Positions 9,458-19,339 of a stretch of 64,000 nucleotides of DNA are shown here, piece by piece. Position 1 is the first letter of the stretch, and each line of letters begins with the position of its first letter. A program made the position numbers and the translations under genes. The notes beneath the pieces were generated by a model. It was not told where the DNA came from, searched no databases, and saw nothing but the letters and a program-made list of their open reading frames with translations. Source of the DNA: Bacteroidales bacterium (GTDB taxonomy: Bacteria; Bacteroidota; Bacteroidia; Bacteroidales; F082); the NCBI GenBank assembly GCA_045616045.1, contig JAZLGA010000026.1, positions 674 to 64,673 on the forward strand. The letters run 5' to 3'.

Positions 9458-10480
9458 ATGATAGTAAAGGAAAATGTCATTGAGATTTTAAAAGACGTCA
9501 TCTATTTCCCGAAAGGTGACAACATCGTAGTTTTAAATATGGTTGACAACCTTCATGTTAAAGACGAAAGCATAATGTTTGACCTTATAGTTGAACAGGT
9601 TGACGACCCTAAGAATGATATTCTCGTCAATGCAGCAAAACGCACATTGACAGATGTTTTTGGAGAAGGCATTAATATTGACATTAAGGTAGTGGAAGAG
9701 AAGACAGCCTTGTCGAAAGTCAAGCACATCATAGCAGTTGCGTCAGGCAAGGGTGGTGTTGGGAAATCGACAGTGGCGGCCAATCTTGCTGTAGCCTTGG
9801 CTCGTGCTGGCAAGCGTGTTGGACTTATTGATGCTGACATTTATGGTCCATCAGTACCAATGATGTTCGGCACATTGGGCGAGCAACCAGGGGCCTTTGA
9901 GCGCGACGGGAAGACAGTAATGCTCCCTATCGAGAAATACGGCATCAAGCTGTTGTCAATCGGGCATTTTGTTGATCCAGACCGTCCACTGATATGGCGT
10001 GGCCCCATGGCGTCAAGTGCTCTAAACCAATTGATGAACGATGCCTTATGGGGAGAGCTTGATTTTCTCCTTGTTGACATGCCTCCAGGGACAGGGGACA
10101 TACAGCTTACACTCGCCCAGTCGTTCAAGCTGAGCGGTGCTGTTATTGTTACCACACCCCAACAGGTGGCCTTTGCCGATGTTCTTCGCGCAGCCATGAT
10201 GTTCCGTGAAGAAGCTCTTCAAATACCCGTTCTTGGCATAATAGAGAACATGGCCTTCTTCGTTCCCGATGACGCACCAGAAAAGAAATACTTCATATTC
10301 GGCAAAAATCGCGGCAGCGGCTTCGCCGAGAGACTACAGACACCGTTGCTCGGACAAATACCAATCGTTGAAGCCATTGCCGAAAGCGGAGACACAGGAA
10401 CCCCAATAGCACTAAACAGCGACTCGCCGGTAACAAATGCGTTCAACAACATAGCCCAACAACTGATTGAAAATCTATAA
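9458..10480 (+). CDS. mrp: Mrp/ApbC-type Fe-S cluster carrier ATPase
   Basis: Deviant Walker A VASGKGGVGKST, DMPPGTGD motif, N-terminal DUF59-like region. Confidence 0.9.
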   Translation: MIVKENVIEILKDVIYFPKGDNIVVLNMVDNLHVKDESIMFDLIVEQVDDPKNDILVNAAKRTLTDVFGEGINIDIKVVEEKTALSKVKHIIAVASGKGGVGKSTVAANLAVALARAGKRVGLIDADIYGPSVPMMFGTLGEQPGAFERDGKTVMLPIEKYGIKLLSIGHFVDPDRPLIWRGPMASSALNQLMNDALWGELDFLLVDMPPGTGDIQLTLAQSFKLSGAVIVTTPQQVAFADVLRAAMMFREEALQIPVLGIIENMAFFVPDDAPEKKYFIFGKNRGSGFAERLQTPLLGQIPIVEAIAESGDTGTPIALNSDSPVTNAFNNIAQQLIENL

Positions 10481-10497
10481 GCATAACACTTAACGCC

Positions 10498-10749
10498 ATG
10501 GAAAACAAAGATAGTATAATGCGCAAACTCAAGAACATTATTGAACAAGTGCGTCCTTATCTACAACAAGACGGTGGAGACGTCAAACTTGTAGACCTTA
10601 CCGACGACGGCATCGTACTCGTTGAGCTGACAGGAGCATGCGGCAGCTGTCCATATAGTACAATGACCCTAAAAAACGGCATAGAAAGCGTCATTAAAAA
10701 AGCCATTCCGGAAATAAAATCCGTTAACCAAATCGAAACAGAAATTTAA
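10498..10749 (+). CDS. NifU-like Fe-S cluster domain protein
   Basis: 83 aa; QQDGGDVKLVD and GACGSCPYSTMTLKNGIE (CxxC) typical of the NifU C-terminal domain. Confidence 0.8.
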   Translation: MENKDSIMRKLKNIIEQVRPYLQQDGGDVKLVDLTDDGIVLVELTGACGSCPYSTMTLKNGIESVIKKAIPEIKSVNQIETEI

Positions 10750-10757
10750 CAAGTTTC

Positions 10758-11129
10758 ATGAAGGATTCTTTCCCATTACTAATTTTATTCCTTATAGGAA
10801 CGGCAACAGCATTCGCTCAGACCTCCTACAAACAGGTCGCTTCGGCCTCCAAACTCGAAACAGGCAAAGACAACCTCATCGTAGCCGAGAACGCAGGTGC
10901 TTTTTACGTCATGGGCAAACAAAACAAAACCGCAACATCGGAAAACCGATGCCCTGATATAGTTAATTACAACTCTAACAGCACGACAGCAGTTCACGAC
11001 GCAACAGGCCGCAAGGTCATGGAAACGAGTGTCACCAAAGGCGAAAACACTATCAATGAACAAAACTTTGAGACCGATGTTCGCTTCTTTATGACAGACA
11101 ACACTGCATCAAAATTCCTGAAACACTAA
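10758..11129 (+). CDS. miniature secreted protein with a T9SS type-A-like C-terminal domain
   Basis: Signal peptide LLILFLIGTATAFAQ; C-terminal HDATGRKVMETSVTKGENTINEQNFETDVRFFMTDNTASKFLKH resembles a Por secretion tail; only about 50 aa lie in between. Confidence 0.5.
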   Translation: MKDSFPLLILFLIGTATAFAQTSYKQVASASKLETGKDNLIVAENAGAFYVMGKQNKTATSENRCPDIVNYNSNSTTAVHDATGRKVMETSVTKGENTINEQNFETDVRFFMTDNTASKFLKH

Positions 11130-11143
11130 AATGGCACGTAACA

Positions 11144-11175
11144 GCAAGAATGACTGCTTAGGCAGTCATTCTTGC
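11144..11175 (+). terminator. hairpin after the 10758-11129 gene
   Basis: Perfect 14-bp arms gcaagaatgactgc/gcagtcattcttgc with a ttag loop; weak T tract. Confidence 0.45.
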
Positions 11176-11211
11176 CATTTCATGAAAAACGCAATTTACA
11201 TTAACGACACA

Positions 11212-12753
11212 ATGTTGAGATTCATACAAATCATATTACTGACAGTTATCCTATTCAATGCTGCCACAGCACAAAAACTCGAAGTGGCACGCCACGAGAT
11301 TCCCCTGACATCAAAATCTCAACAATGTGCCTTCGTCACACTCAACAACCATGGCATACTTACCGTTGCAGAAACAAACATAACAAACAACAAAGACACG
11401 ACAACATGGAATTTTGCGATTCTCGACACCAACCTCATCGAACTATCATCCATCAATGTACCGATTGACGCATCATTGCAACTCAACTCAACAACGGCAT
11501 CAGACGAATTTGTTGCAACTATATTCGCGGCCACAAAACGTTCCGACTCAACGCAAGTCAATGTAGTGCTATACAAAAGAGACAACAAAACATTCAGTGG
11601 CTTCACGACTTCCTTTCCGCCCAACATAAGCCTACTGCCCGCAGTGGCGTCGCAACAAACGCTATTGTTGGCCTACAACGGCAACAACGGAGGCTCGTCC
11701 ATATCGTTTTTTGACATGAACTCAGGTGATGTTCGCCATGAAAACGCTCAAAACAACAACCATCTTATCCAAAGCGTTGAAGTGTCACAAGGCTCAAAAC
11801 GTTTTGTGGTGACTTCAAAAGAATTTGAAGACAGACATTTATCAGCCACAAACTTTTGGGTTTTTGGCACTGACGGCAAGATGGTCAATCGCTACACTTA
11901 TCCCAACAACAACGGTGCAACAATAGGCAGGTCATGCTGCATAGGAAACGACAGCACATTCAATGTCTTTGCCACCATTGAACGTATTGGCAACACAAAA
12001 ACAAGTGCAAAAAACTTTGCCGACAGTTTTGACAAGGAATCAATAGGCATAATTTGGATAAACTTCAACGACAAAGGCACACAAACAAAAGTGTATCAAT
12101 TCAAAAACATACCCGACATTGACAAGGCCCTCACGCCAAGCAACAGACTTAGAGTAAAACAACGCCAAGCAAGCCAAAACGACACAACAAACGAAAATCG
12201 CGGCGAGATTGCATTCCAACTGCTAAAACCAAACTTGATTCACAACAACGACACCAACATCATGGCTCTCGAAGCCTTCATACCCATATACCACACAGAA
12301 ACAAGGATGGAATACGGTTATTTCGGTTCCATTCCCACAACCTACACCGTTTTTGACGGGTACGACTTTTACGCACAACTTGTCTTTGCTTTCAAGAACA
12401 ACGGAGAAATGCTATGGCACAATCACTGCAACTATGACAACCCTGTTGACGAAAGTCTTTACCGACACACTTCAGAAGCCGTTTGCAACGGTGAGACACT
12501 TCTTACGTCAGCAAGCAACAACACCCTTATTTATAGTGTTATAAGCAACAACGGGACAAAACTTCTTGAAAATGAAATTAAAGTGTTGCCGTTTATGAGA
12601 CAAAACGACATACTTGAAAGCGAATTCAGTGCCAACACGAGACAATGGTACGGCAACAACTTCATAGTATCAGGCAAACAAATACTAAGAAACCGCATGA
12701 TGCGCAAATCCAATCGATTTGTCTTTTTCTTACAAAAAATACAATACGAATAA
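11212..12753 (+). CDS. Asn-rich secreted protein, unknown function
   Basis: Start moved to M28 of the tracked ORF because the hairpin lies upstream and MLRFIQIILLTVILFNAATAQ is a signal peptide; no family recognised. Confidence 0.6.
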   Translation: MLRFIQIILLTVILFNAATAQKLEVARHEIPLTSKSQQCAFVTLNNHGILTVAETNITNNKDTTTWNFAILDTNLIELSSINVPIDASLQLNSTTASDEFVATIFAATKRSDSTQVNVVLYKRDNKTFSGFTTSFPPNISLLPAVASQQTLLLAYNGNNGGSSISFFDMNSGDVRHENAQNNNHLIQSVEVSQGSKRFVVTSKEFEDRHLSATNFWVFGTDGKMVNRYTYPNNNGATIGRSCCIGNDSTFNVFATIERIGNTKTSAKNFADSFDKESIGIIWINFNDKGTQTKVYQFKNIPDIDKALTPSNRLRVKQRQASQNDTTNENRGEIAFQLLKPNLIHNNDTNIMALEAFIPIYHTETRMEYGYFGSIPTTYTVFDGYDFYAQLVFAFKNNGEMLWHNHCNYDNPVDESLYRHTSEAVCNGETLLTSASNNTLIYSVISNNGTKLLENEIKVLPFMRQNDILESEFSANTRQWYGNNFIVSGKQILRNRMMRKSNRFVFFLQKIQYE

Positions 12754-12754
12754 T

Positions 12755-13408
12755 ATGTTTATAAGTTACATAAAATATTGCTGGCAAAGAAAAGGTCCAT
12801 TCCGCATCCATTCCCCTTTTGTGTTCGAATATGTCACCAAGGCCCTAAAAAAAACACGCAACGACGACTATGAGAAACTACACTCTGTTTATCGTTTGAT
12901 TGACAAACACAGGTTCTGCAAACCATCAATAAAAACAAAAGCCCAACTCATATACAAGACAACATCTTATTTCAATGCCGAAAACATCGTAATTGTAGGT
13001 ACAACAACAGCCATGAACATTGCAGCCATTGCTATGAGTTGTTCAACGGTCCAACTTCATACCACGGTTTGGCGCGAATCATACGACGAGTTGGAATCTA
13101 TGGGGATAAACAATCTGAAACTTATTGACAGCGATACGCTCATCAAGAAACTTGATTCTGACGACAGGGGAGCTTATTTACTACTATTCGCATCACCACT
13201 GGCCGACAATGAAATAGTGAAACACGCACAATCGGAAGATTTGATAATAATTGACAACATACACAAAACACATGACAACGAACACTGTTGGAACGATTTA
13301 AAGGACAATGGTTTTGTAAAATTCAGTTTCGACTTATATCATATAGGAATCCTTTTTTTCAGGCAAGGGTTTGAAAAACAAGATTTCATATTGAATTGGA
13401 GAAGTTAG
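12755..13408 (+). CDS. hypothetical protein (possibly a degenerate class I methyltransferase-like fold)
   Basis: ATG 1 nt after the upstream stop; FRIHSPFVFEY N-terminus and IVIVGTTTAMNIAAIA in place of a GxGxG loop; the fold call is weak. Confidence 0.45.
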   Translation: MFISYIKYCWQRKGPFRIHSPFVFEYVTKALKKTRNDDYEKLHSVYRLIDKHRFCKPSIKTKAQLIYKTTSYFNAENIVIVGTTTAMNIAAIAMSCSTVQLHTTVWRESYDELESMGINNLKLIDSDTLIKKLDSDDRGAYLLLFASPLADNEIVKHAQSEDLIIIDNIHKTHDNEHCWNDLKDNGFVKFSFDLYHIGILFFRQGFEKQDFILNWRS

Positions 13409-13434
13409 ACATAATCGACAAAAAAACAACAATT

Positions 13435-13992
13435 ATGGAAAAGAGAAACATCACATACACTCGCACAGGCGACGAAGGCAAAACTTCGCTTATAGGAGGT
13501 CGCCGCGTGTCAAAATATGACTTGCGTGTCGAGACATACGGCACTGTAGACGAACTAAGCGCATACATAGGCGTATTAAGCGACATAGACATGGAGAAAC
13601 GTTTTGCCAACTTCTTCATCACTCTTCAAGACAAACTTCTGGCGGTTGAGTCGCTTTTCGCCTTGGACAACGAATCGGGAATCGCAAAACAAATGCCCAA
13701 GATAGAGCAATGTGACATTGACACAATTGAGCGTCTAATAGACGAACTTAATGAAGAGCTTCCACAAATAAGGGCTTTTGTGCTGCCTGGGGGTGACTTG
13801 CGTGCGTCTTATGCGCATGTGTGCCGTACGGTGTGCCGTCGAGCCGAACGTATGGCATGGCAACTGCACGACAAAATAGGTACCGACATAATGGGAATAA
13901 AATACCTTAACCGACTATCTGACTTGTTTTTTGTTATGGCACGCTACTACCAAAACCAAAAAGACGGTGCAGAAAAGGCATGGAAACCATAG
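13435..13992 (+). CDS. PduO-type ATP:cob(I)alamin adenosyltransferase
   Basis: YTRTGDEGKTSLIGGRRVSKYDLRVETYGTVDELSAYIG is the canonical PduO-type N-terminus. Confidence 0.85.
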   Translation: MEKRNITYTRTGDEGKTSLIGGRRVSKYDLRVETYGTVDELSAYIGVLSDIDMEKRFANFFITLQDKLLAVESLFALDNESGIAKQMPKIEQCDIDTIERLIDELNEELPQIRAFVLPGGDLRASYAHVCRTVCRRAERMAWQLHDKIGTDIMGIKYLNRLSDLFFVMARYYQNQKDGAEKAWKP

Positions 13993-14003
13993 AGATAAGG
14001 ATA

Positions 14004-16571
14004 TTATCTTGACATTATTACTATAGGTGTCTTATTCTTCTTGACCTTGCCGTCAAAATTATAGACTTCGGTAATCATAATATAAATGCCTACTGGCAAA
14101 CGGCCTCCATTATCGTCAAAGCCATTCCATGGCAAACTGCCTTTCTGCCCAACTACCGAACCCTTGGCAAGATGACGAACCAGTTGTCCGCCGGTGTTGA
14201 ATATGTAAACATTCAAGGTATAGCCAGGCTCGTCGAAATTATAGTTTATCATACAAACATCATCAAAGCCATCACCATCGGGCGAGAAAACTTCAGGTGT
14301 GACATCAACCCAATTATCAGTAATGACAGTATCTTGTGCCATTGAGTTTTTGCGTCCAGGGGTGCCATAATGAACATTTTCTGCTGCCGAATGCCAGAGG
14401 TCGGCATTAGACGATTCAACATCAGGCGAAACGCGTTCAAGCGAAACGCCTTTGGTCTCCTTAAGCAAAGGTGAATGCAAGCCCTCGCTGTAATCCATAC
14501 GGTCAATCACATTGCCGGTCTTGTCGGTCAACAAGACAGTTGCGCCCGAAGTTGGATAACTTGGGAAAGAAGCCATATCAACATAATTTTCAATAGAGCA
14601 CTCGTATTGTTGGCCCACTATAACCGAATTGGTCGAAAGCAAAAGATACGATTGGGGAGCAAACAACCGTCCTTCGGCTGTTATAGTCTTCATTGTGGTG
14701 TCGGCTGGATTTGGGAAAGTCGTCTTTATCATACCCAAACGCAAATCAGACACATTGAAGGTATATGAAGTCTTGTTGTACAGCTCTACATACTTGACAC
14801 CTCCGTCAATAGGGTTGAAAAGCAATTCGTTGATGACAATGTCCCCTTGATTAATTGATGAAGGTATGCCAAAAGGCAATTCTGCATTATCCATTGCCGT
14901 ACCCTTACAATTAAACAGGTTTGACACTTCCAAAGTAAATTGTTGTCCTTCTTCGAAAGGCTCTGCAAACACAAGTTCCACTAAAGTGGCATTGTTTGGA
15001 TTTGTATTCACCAGCACAGGCATGACACCATTTTCAAGCACCCTGTAAGAAGAGCTCTGCATACTGCCCAAGTCCATTGGTTGGTCAAAACGCAGTTGCA
15101 ATATATTGTTTGCCACCATATTTACAGAAGTTATCGTAGGCGACACGTCAATAGTGTTATCAATTGAATTGATACGTCCTGGTGTACCTCCATCTGGGTC
15201 GTCAGAGGCATGCCAGTTTATTTCTCCCAAGCAACTGCTTTTAGGGTCAATCTGTTCAACAGAATAGCCTCCGTCATCCTTGTCAGCGTCGTGATACCAC
15301 GATGCGCTAAATGCCACTTGTGATATTATAGTTCCATCGGCTGTAGATAACGTTATCAAAGCGGATGTGTTGGCTATTGCAAAACTTTCAAAACCCACAC
15401 AAGAACCATAAGATGACAATGATGAAACAGCATCGTTATGGCACAAAAGAAGATATGCGCCTGGTTCCATAGTCACATCGCCAAAACTATTGGCCGAACT
15501 ACCTATCGTCAAGTTGCATCCGGCCAGGCTTATGGGCAGGTCAGTGGCATTAAAAAGTTCAATATATTCATATTCAGGAAGGCCCACAACAGGAGAAGGG
15601 TCGGCCATGATTTCATTGACAACAACTTCGCCTTCCGAAAAAGTGTGTATCGAAAAAGATTTCTGTGTCTGCGAAATTACATTTCCCGAGACATCGGCAA
15701 CACCTTGCAATGTCAGAGTGTAGTTCACGTCACTTTCAAAAGACTCAGCAAACGAAAGAATGACCGTATTACCTTGAAGCGATGCCGATTGCGGGTTTCC
15801 TATTCCGTGGTCAACAGTGTAGTTGAGCGTATTAGAGACAGTTTCGTTTGAAAGAGCCTCATCAAAAGACAACAATAATGATGAGTTGCCATCAACCTCG
15901 ATTGAAAGCAACTGAGGAGGGTCAAGATCAACAACAGGCACGCCTATATATAGGTTGTCAAAAAAAATCTTTGTTGCGTTGCTGGCCGTATATCTTGAAT
16001 AAATTCCAAAGAAACCAGTACGGTTTATGGTATTGTCAACGCCATGAACTTCATCAGCATAGTTGTTGCCGCCACTATAGTCGGCTGAAACAGCCCAGTT
16101 GCCATTTATGTCACATTTGACCTTAACTGAGACCTGCGATGGTGCTGCTATGGAGCCATCAGTAGCACGGCAAATGCTTGTTATGGCACCATTTTGAATC
16201 TTGAAAAGTTCGATGGCATCATTGCTACCGGCCTCACCAAAGCGAAGATAATAACCCGAAGTTACTGCAGTGAGGTCAGCATTATCAGCCACAAGATAAA
16301 CATCAGTGAAATTATTTGCGGAAGGGGCAAAAGCCTGTTTCAGCCAAAAACGCCACTCCACATCACCTGATTCGGCAAATGGTAACGACAGATAAGACTC
16401 GCCTGCGGCAGTTCCATTGGTTTGGAGTTGGAAACTCGAATTGACAACATAAAGCTCAGTTGTACCACTCCACGCAGGATTCAAAGTGAAATCACCATCA
16501 CTAAAGTCGTCGATGACTTGAGCAAACATAAGCGTTGGCAGCAGAAATAATATAATAGCCAATTTTTTCAT
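14004..16571 (-). CDS. large secreted lamin-tail-domain protein with a T9SS type B C-terminal domain
   Basis: Signal peptide; two LTD-like segments (VVNEIMADPSP...YIELFNATD, VINELLFNPIDGGVKYVELYN); C-terminus FSPDGDGFDD...PVGIYIM...IVIMSR resembles the gliding-motility C-terminal domain. Confidence 0.75.
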   Translation of the reverse strand: MKKLAIILFLLPTLMFAQVIDDFSDGDFTLNPAWSGTTELYVVNSSFQLQTNGTAAGESYLSLPFAESGDVEWRFWLKQAFAPSANNFTDVYLVADNADLTAVTSGYYLRFGEAGSNDAIELFKIQNGAITSICRATDGSIAAPSQVSVKVKCDINGNWAVSADYSGGNNYADEVHGVDNTINRTGFFGIYSRYTASNATKIFFDNLYIGVPVVDLDPPQLLSIEVDGNSSLLLSFDEALSNETVSNTLNYTVDHGIGNPQSASLQGNTVILSFAESFESDVNYTLTLQGVADVSGNVISQTQKSFSIHTFSEGEVVVNEIMADPSPVVGLPEYEYIELFNATDLPISLAGCNLTIGSSANSFGDVTMEPGAYLLLCHNDAVSSLSSYGSCVGFESFAIANTSALITLSTADGTIISQVAFSASWYHDADKDDGGYSVEQIDPKSSCLGEINWHASDDPDGGTPGRINSIDNTIDVSPTITSVNMVANNILQLRFDQPMDLGSMQSSSYRVLENGVMPVLVNTNPNNATLVELVFAEPFEEGQQFTLEVSNLFNCKGTAMDNAELPFGIPSSINQGDIVINELLFNPIDGGVKYVELYNKTSYTFNVSDLRLGMIKTTFPNPADTTMKTITAEGRLFAPQSYLLLSTNSVIVGQQYECSIENYVDMASFPSYPTSGATVLLTDKTGNVIDRMDYSEGLHSPLLKETKGVSLERVSPDVESSNADLWHSAAENVHYGTPGRKNSMAQDTVITDNWVDVTPEVFSPDGDGFDDVCMINYNFDEPGYTLNVYIFNTGGQLVRHLAKGSVVGQKGSLPWNGFDDNGGRLPVGIYIMITEVYNFDGKVKKNKTPIVIMSR

Positions 16572-16593
16572 CCCTTACAAGTTCTTATTTGCG

Positions 16594-16601
16594 CAAAGAT
16601 A
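16594..16601 (-). promoter_or_regulatory. Bacteroidetes -7 box (TAtcTTTG on the minus strand)
   Basis: 22 nt upstream of the ATG at 16571. Confidence 0.5.
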
Positions 16602-16718
16602 GAAATTTATGTTGAATTGCAACCTTTTGTCTGGCCAATTGTTTATTCAGCAATTTGGCGCCATATCATTTAAGAAATAATTATTTCACAAAAGCATCGT
16701 CAATTAAAGGCGATTTTA

Positions 16719-16726
16719 TAATTTTG
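16719..16726 (+). promoter_or_regulatory. Bacteroidetes -7 box TAatTTTG
   Basis: 22 nt upstream of the ATG at 16749. Confidence 0.5.
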
Positions 16727-16748
16727 CGGCTTAAAAGATAGTATAAAC

Positions 16749-17738
16749 ATGAAAATTGCTGTTATAGGGGCCACAGGTTTGGTTGGCACAAAAATGCTGC
16801 AAGTGATTGCCGAGCAAGGCATAAAAGCCGACAGTATTATAGCAGCGGCCTCTGAGCGTTCGGTAGGCAAAGAGGTTATTTTTGACAGCAAAAAGATAAC
16901 TGTAACAAGTGTTGACAATGCCATAGCAGCCAGACCAGACATTGCCATCTTCTCTGCGGGAGCCGATGCTTCGCGCCAGTATGCGCCCTTGTTCGCAAAG
17001 AACGGCTGTTTCGTCGTTGACAACAGCTCGGCATGGCGTATGGAGAAGAACATCCCGCTTGTAGTGCCCGATATAAATGCCGACACCATCACCGCCGACA
17101 CCAAAATAATTGCCAACCCCAACTGCTCCACCATACAGATGGTCATGGCCCTAGCACCTATTCACAAGGCTTATTCAATAAAACGGCTTGTCATCGCCAC
17201 CTACCAAAGCGTGAGCGGAAGCGGCTTGAAAGGCATCAACCAACTCAACAACGAGGAAGAAGGTAAACCTGTCGATGCTCCCGCCTATCCGCATCAGATA
17301 TACCGCAATATATTGCCTCACGGCGGTTCGTTCTGCGACAACGGCTACACCACCGAGGAAGAGAAACTCGTCAACGAGACGCACAAGATACTGCGCGACC
17401 GGGACATCGCCATCACCGCCACCGTGTGCCGCGTACCTGTCACTGGAGGACACTCCGAGGCCGTCAACGTGGAGACCATGCATCCCTTCAGTATTGAGGA
17501 AGTCAGAGAGATGCTGCAAACCACACCAGGCATAATTGTGCAAGACGACCCGAAAACCAACCTCTACCCCATGGCCATCAATGCCTACGACTGCGACGAT
17601 GTCTTTGTAGGCCGTCTGCGCCGCGACTATAGCATTGCAAATGGTCTTAATATGTGGATTGTAAGCGACAACATTCGCAAAGGTGCCGCCACAAATGCCG
17701 TCCAAATAGCGCAATACATAATCAGAAGATTCTTTTGA
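16749..17738 (+). CDS. asd: aspartate-semialdehyde dehydrogenase
   Basis: MKIAVIGATGLVG Rossmann N-terminus, active-site IANPNCSTI, SDNIRKGAATNAVQIA C-terminus. Confidence 0.9.
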   Translation: MKIAVIGATGLVGTKMLQVIAEQGIKADSIIAAASERSVGKEVIFDSKKITVTSVDNAIAARPDIAIFSAGADASRQYAPLFAKNGCFVVDNSSAWRMEKNIPLVVPDINADTITADTKIIANPNCSTIQMVMALAPIHKAYSIKRLVIATYQSVSGSGLKGINQLNNEEEGKPVDAPAYPHQIYRNILPHGGSFCDNGYTTEEEKLVNETHKILRDRDIAITATVCRVPVTGGHSEAVNVETMHPFSIEEVREMLQTTPGIIVQDDPKTNLYPMAINAYDCDDVFVGRLRRDYSIANGLNMWIVSDNIRKGAATNAVQIAQYIIRRFF

Positions 17739-17741
17739 CAC

Positions 17742-18683
17742 ATGAACATATACAACAACATAAACGAAGTCAAAAACATCAAAAACCCCATCGTCACAAT
17801 AGGCACCTTCGATGGCATTCACATCGGACACAAGGCCGTATTCGACAAGATGAAAGACCTTGCACTAAATTTTGACGGCGAGACCGTAGTCATAACATTC
17901 CACCCCCATCCGCGCCAAGTATTAAACATCGACACTTCAAACCTGCGTTTCATCTGTACACAAGAGGACAAGTTGAAAAAATTTGAAGAAATAGGAATCG
18001 ATAATGTCATTATCATAAACTTCACAAAAGAATTCTCACGCACACCGTCCGACGTGTTCATAAAAACATATATTGTGGAACGCCTTCATCCCGCGGCTTT
18101 GGTAGTCGGTTACGACCACCATTTTGGCAAAAACCGGATTGGCGATTATGACATACTTTACGATTTGGGCAAACGTCATGGTTTCAGCGTTGAGCGCATC
18201 AATGCCCAAGATGTTGAGCACATAGCCGTCAGTTCCACAAAAATACGTCGTGCCCTTGCCGTCGGCAATGTTGCAGCCGCAAACAAGTTGTTAGGTTATA
18301 GGTATTCACTTTGCGGAACGGTAATTCGTGGCAACATGATAGGACGAACGATTGGTTTCCCAACCGCCAATCTCGACATTGCACCACAATATATGCTGCT
18401 CACCAATGCAGGTGTATATGCCTGCAAAGCTGTTTATGAAGGAAAAGAATACAATGCCATGGCAAACATAGGCCGTCGTCCCACAATAGGCGATGTCAAA
18501 GACGGAAACTATGTTGCCGAGGTGAACATCTTCGACTTCGATACCGACATCTACGGACAAGCCTTGCGCATAAACCTGATTGACCGCATACGCGATGAAA
18601 TAAAATTCGCAAACCTTGACGAATTGAAACATCAACTTAACGAAGACCGCAAGAAAGCCAAAGAGATTCTGAATGGTAAATAA
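17742..18683 (+). CDS. ribF: bifunctional riboflavin kinase / FAD synthetase
   Basis: GTFDGIHIGH nucleotidyltransferase motif, GRTIGFPTANL riboflavin-kinase motif. Confidence 0.9.
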   Translation: MNIYNNINEVKNIKNPIVTIGTFDGIHIGHKAVFDKMKDLALNFDGETVVITFHPHPRQVLNIDTSNLRFICTQEDKLKKFEEIGIDNVIIINFTKEFSRTPSDVFIKTYIVERLHPAALVVGYDHHFGKNRIGDYDILYDLGKRHGFSVERINAQDVEHIAVSSTKIRRALAVGNVAAANKLLGYRYSLCGTVIRGNMIGRTIGFPTANLDIAPQYMLLTNAGVYACKAVYEGKEYNAMANIGRRPTIGDVKDGNYVAEVNIFDFDTDIYGQALRINLIDRIRDEIKFANLDELKHQLNEDRKKAKEILNGK

Positions 18684-18999
18684 TATTCGCTATAGCTTCA
18701 TATAAGACTGATTCTTGAATGATTCGTTCCCCCTTTTGATGGGGTTAGGGTGGGGGCTTGACAATCTTAAATATTGGTTTTTCAGCGCATACAAAAAAAA
18801 CTCCCCATGCCTGCAGCCTTCCCATCTCCCTTCGACAGGCTCATTGCAGCGAAGAAGGGGACAGGATACACAAGGGCGCAAAGCGACGCAAGGCATTGCT
18901 GAATCAGACAACTAATACAATATCAGTCTTTTGTTGAACAAGAACCATAATATTTTTCGATTTTTCCGCATTGTTTAACAACAAATATTTTGCGTAATA

Positions 19000-19140
19000 T
19001 TCCGTATTGCCAAATCAACGGCCAACACCATTGAGGGCGCAGACACCTACATCCACGGCTCAACGGCGACCTTGATTGCCACACCAAACCAGAATCATGT
19101 CTTTGACAGTTGTAACACAAACGGCATTGCTACAAAGTGA
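19000..19140 (+). pseudogene. fragment of a Listeria-Bacteroides (InlB B-type) repeat protein
   Basis: Translates to ...ANTIEGADTYIHGSTATLIATPNQNHVFDSC..., matching the G.G.Y..GSt.tL.A.P..g..F..W repeat pattern; isolated, no start, stop at 19138. Confidence 0.35.
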
Positions 19141-19306
19141 ATGGTTTTGAAATGACTTAAAAATTGCAAAGAGAAATGTTGTTTTGCACGACAAGCAAAC
19201 GCGCATGGAATTTCTCTGTCAGTTTTTGTGAAACAATCAACCTGCTTCCCGCAGTCTGCTACAATGTTATTTTTCAAGGAATTGGTGAAAAACCATGCTT
19301 TTTTAG

Positions 19307-19314
19307 TATCTTTG
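19307..19314 (+). promoter_or_regulatory. Bacteroidetes -7 box TAtcTTTG
   Basis: 25 nt upstream of the ATG at 19340. Confidence 0.5.
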
Positions 19315-19339
19315 CAACGAAATATGAACACGATGCGCC

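Noticed and set aside
17175-17831. 218-aa minus-strand ORF antisense to asd/ribF (plus several shorter ones)
   Set aside because: It is antisense to two well-supported housekeeping genes, and its composition (Val/Gly/His runs) is typical of a shadow frame.
18745-18765. G-quadruplex motif ggggttagggtggggg
   Set aside because: Only three G tracts are present. A fourth would be needed for a canonical intramolecular quadruplex.
18690-18915. ORFs 18690-18911 (minus) and 18715-18915 (plus) in the ribF downstream spacer
   Set aside because: They are Cys/Pro/Arg/Gly-rich translations of a GC-rich island and mutually antisense, with no start context. They are treated as non-coding.
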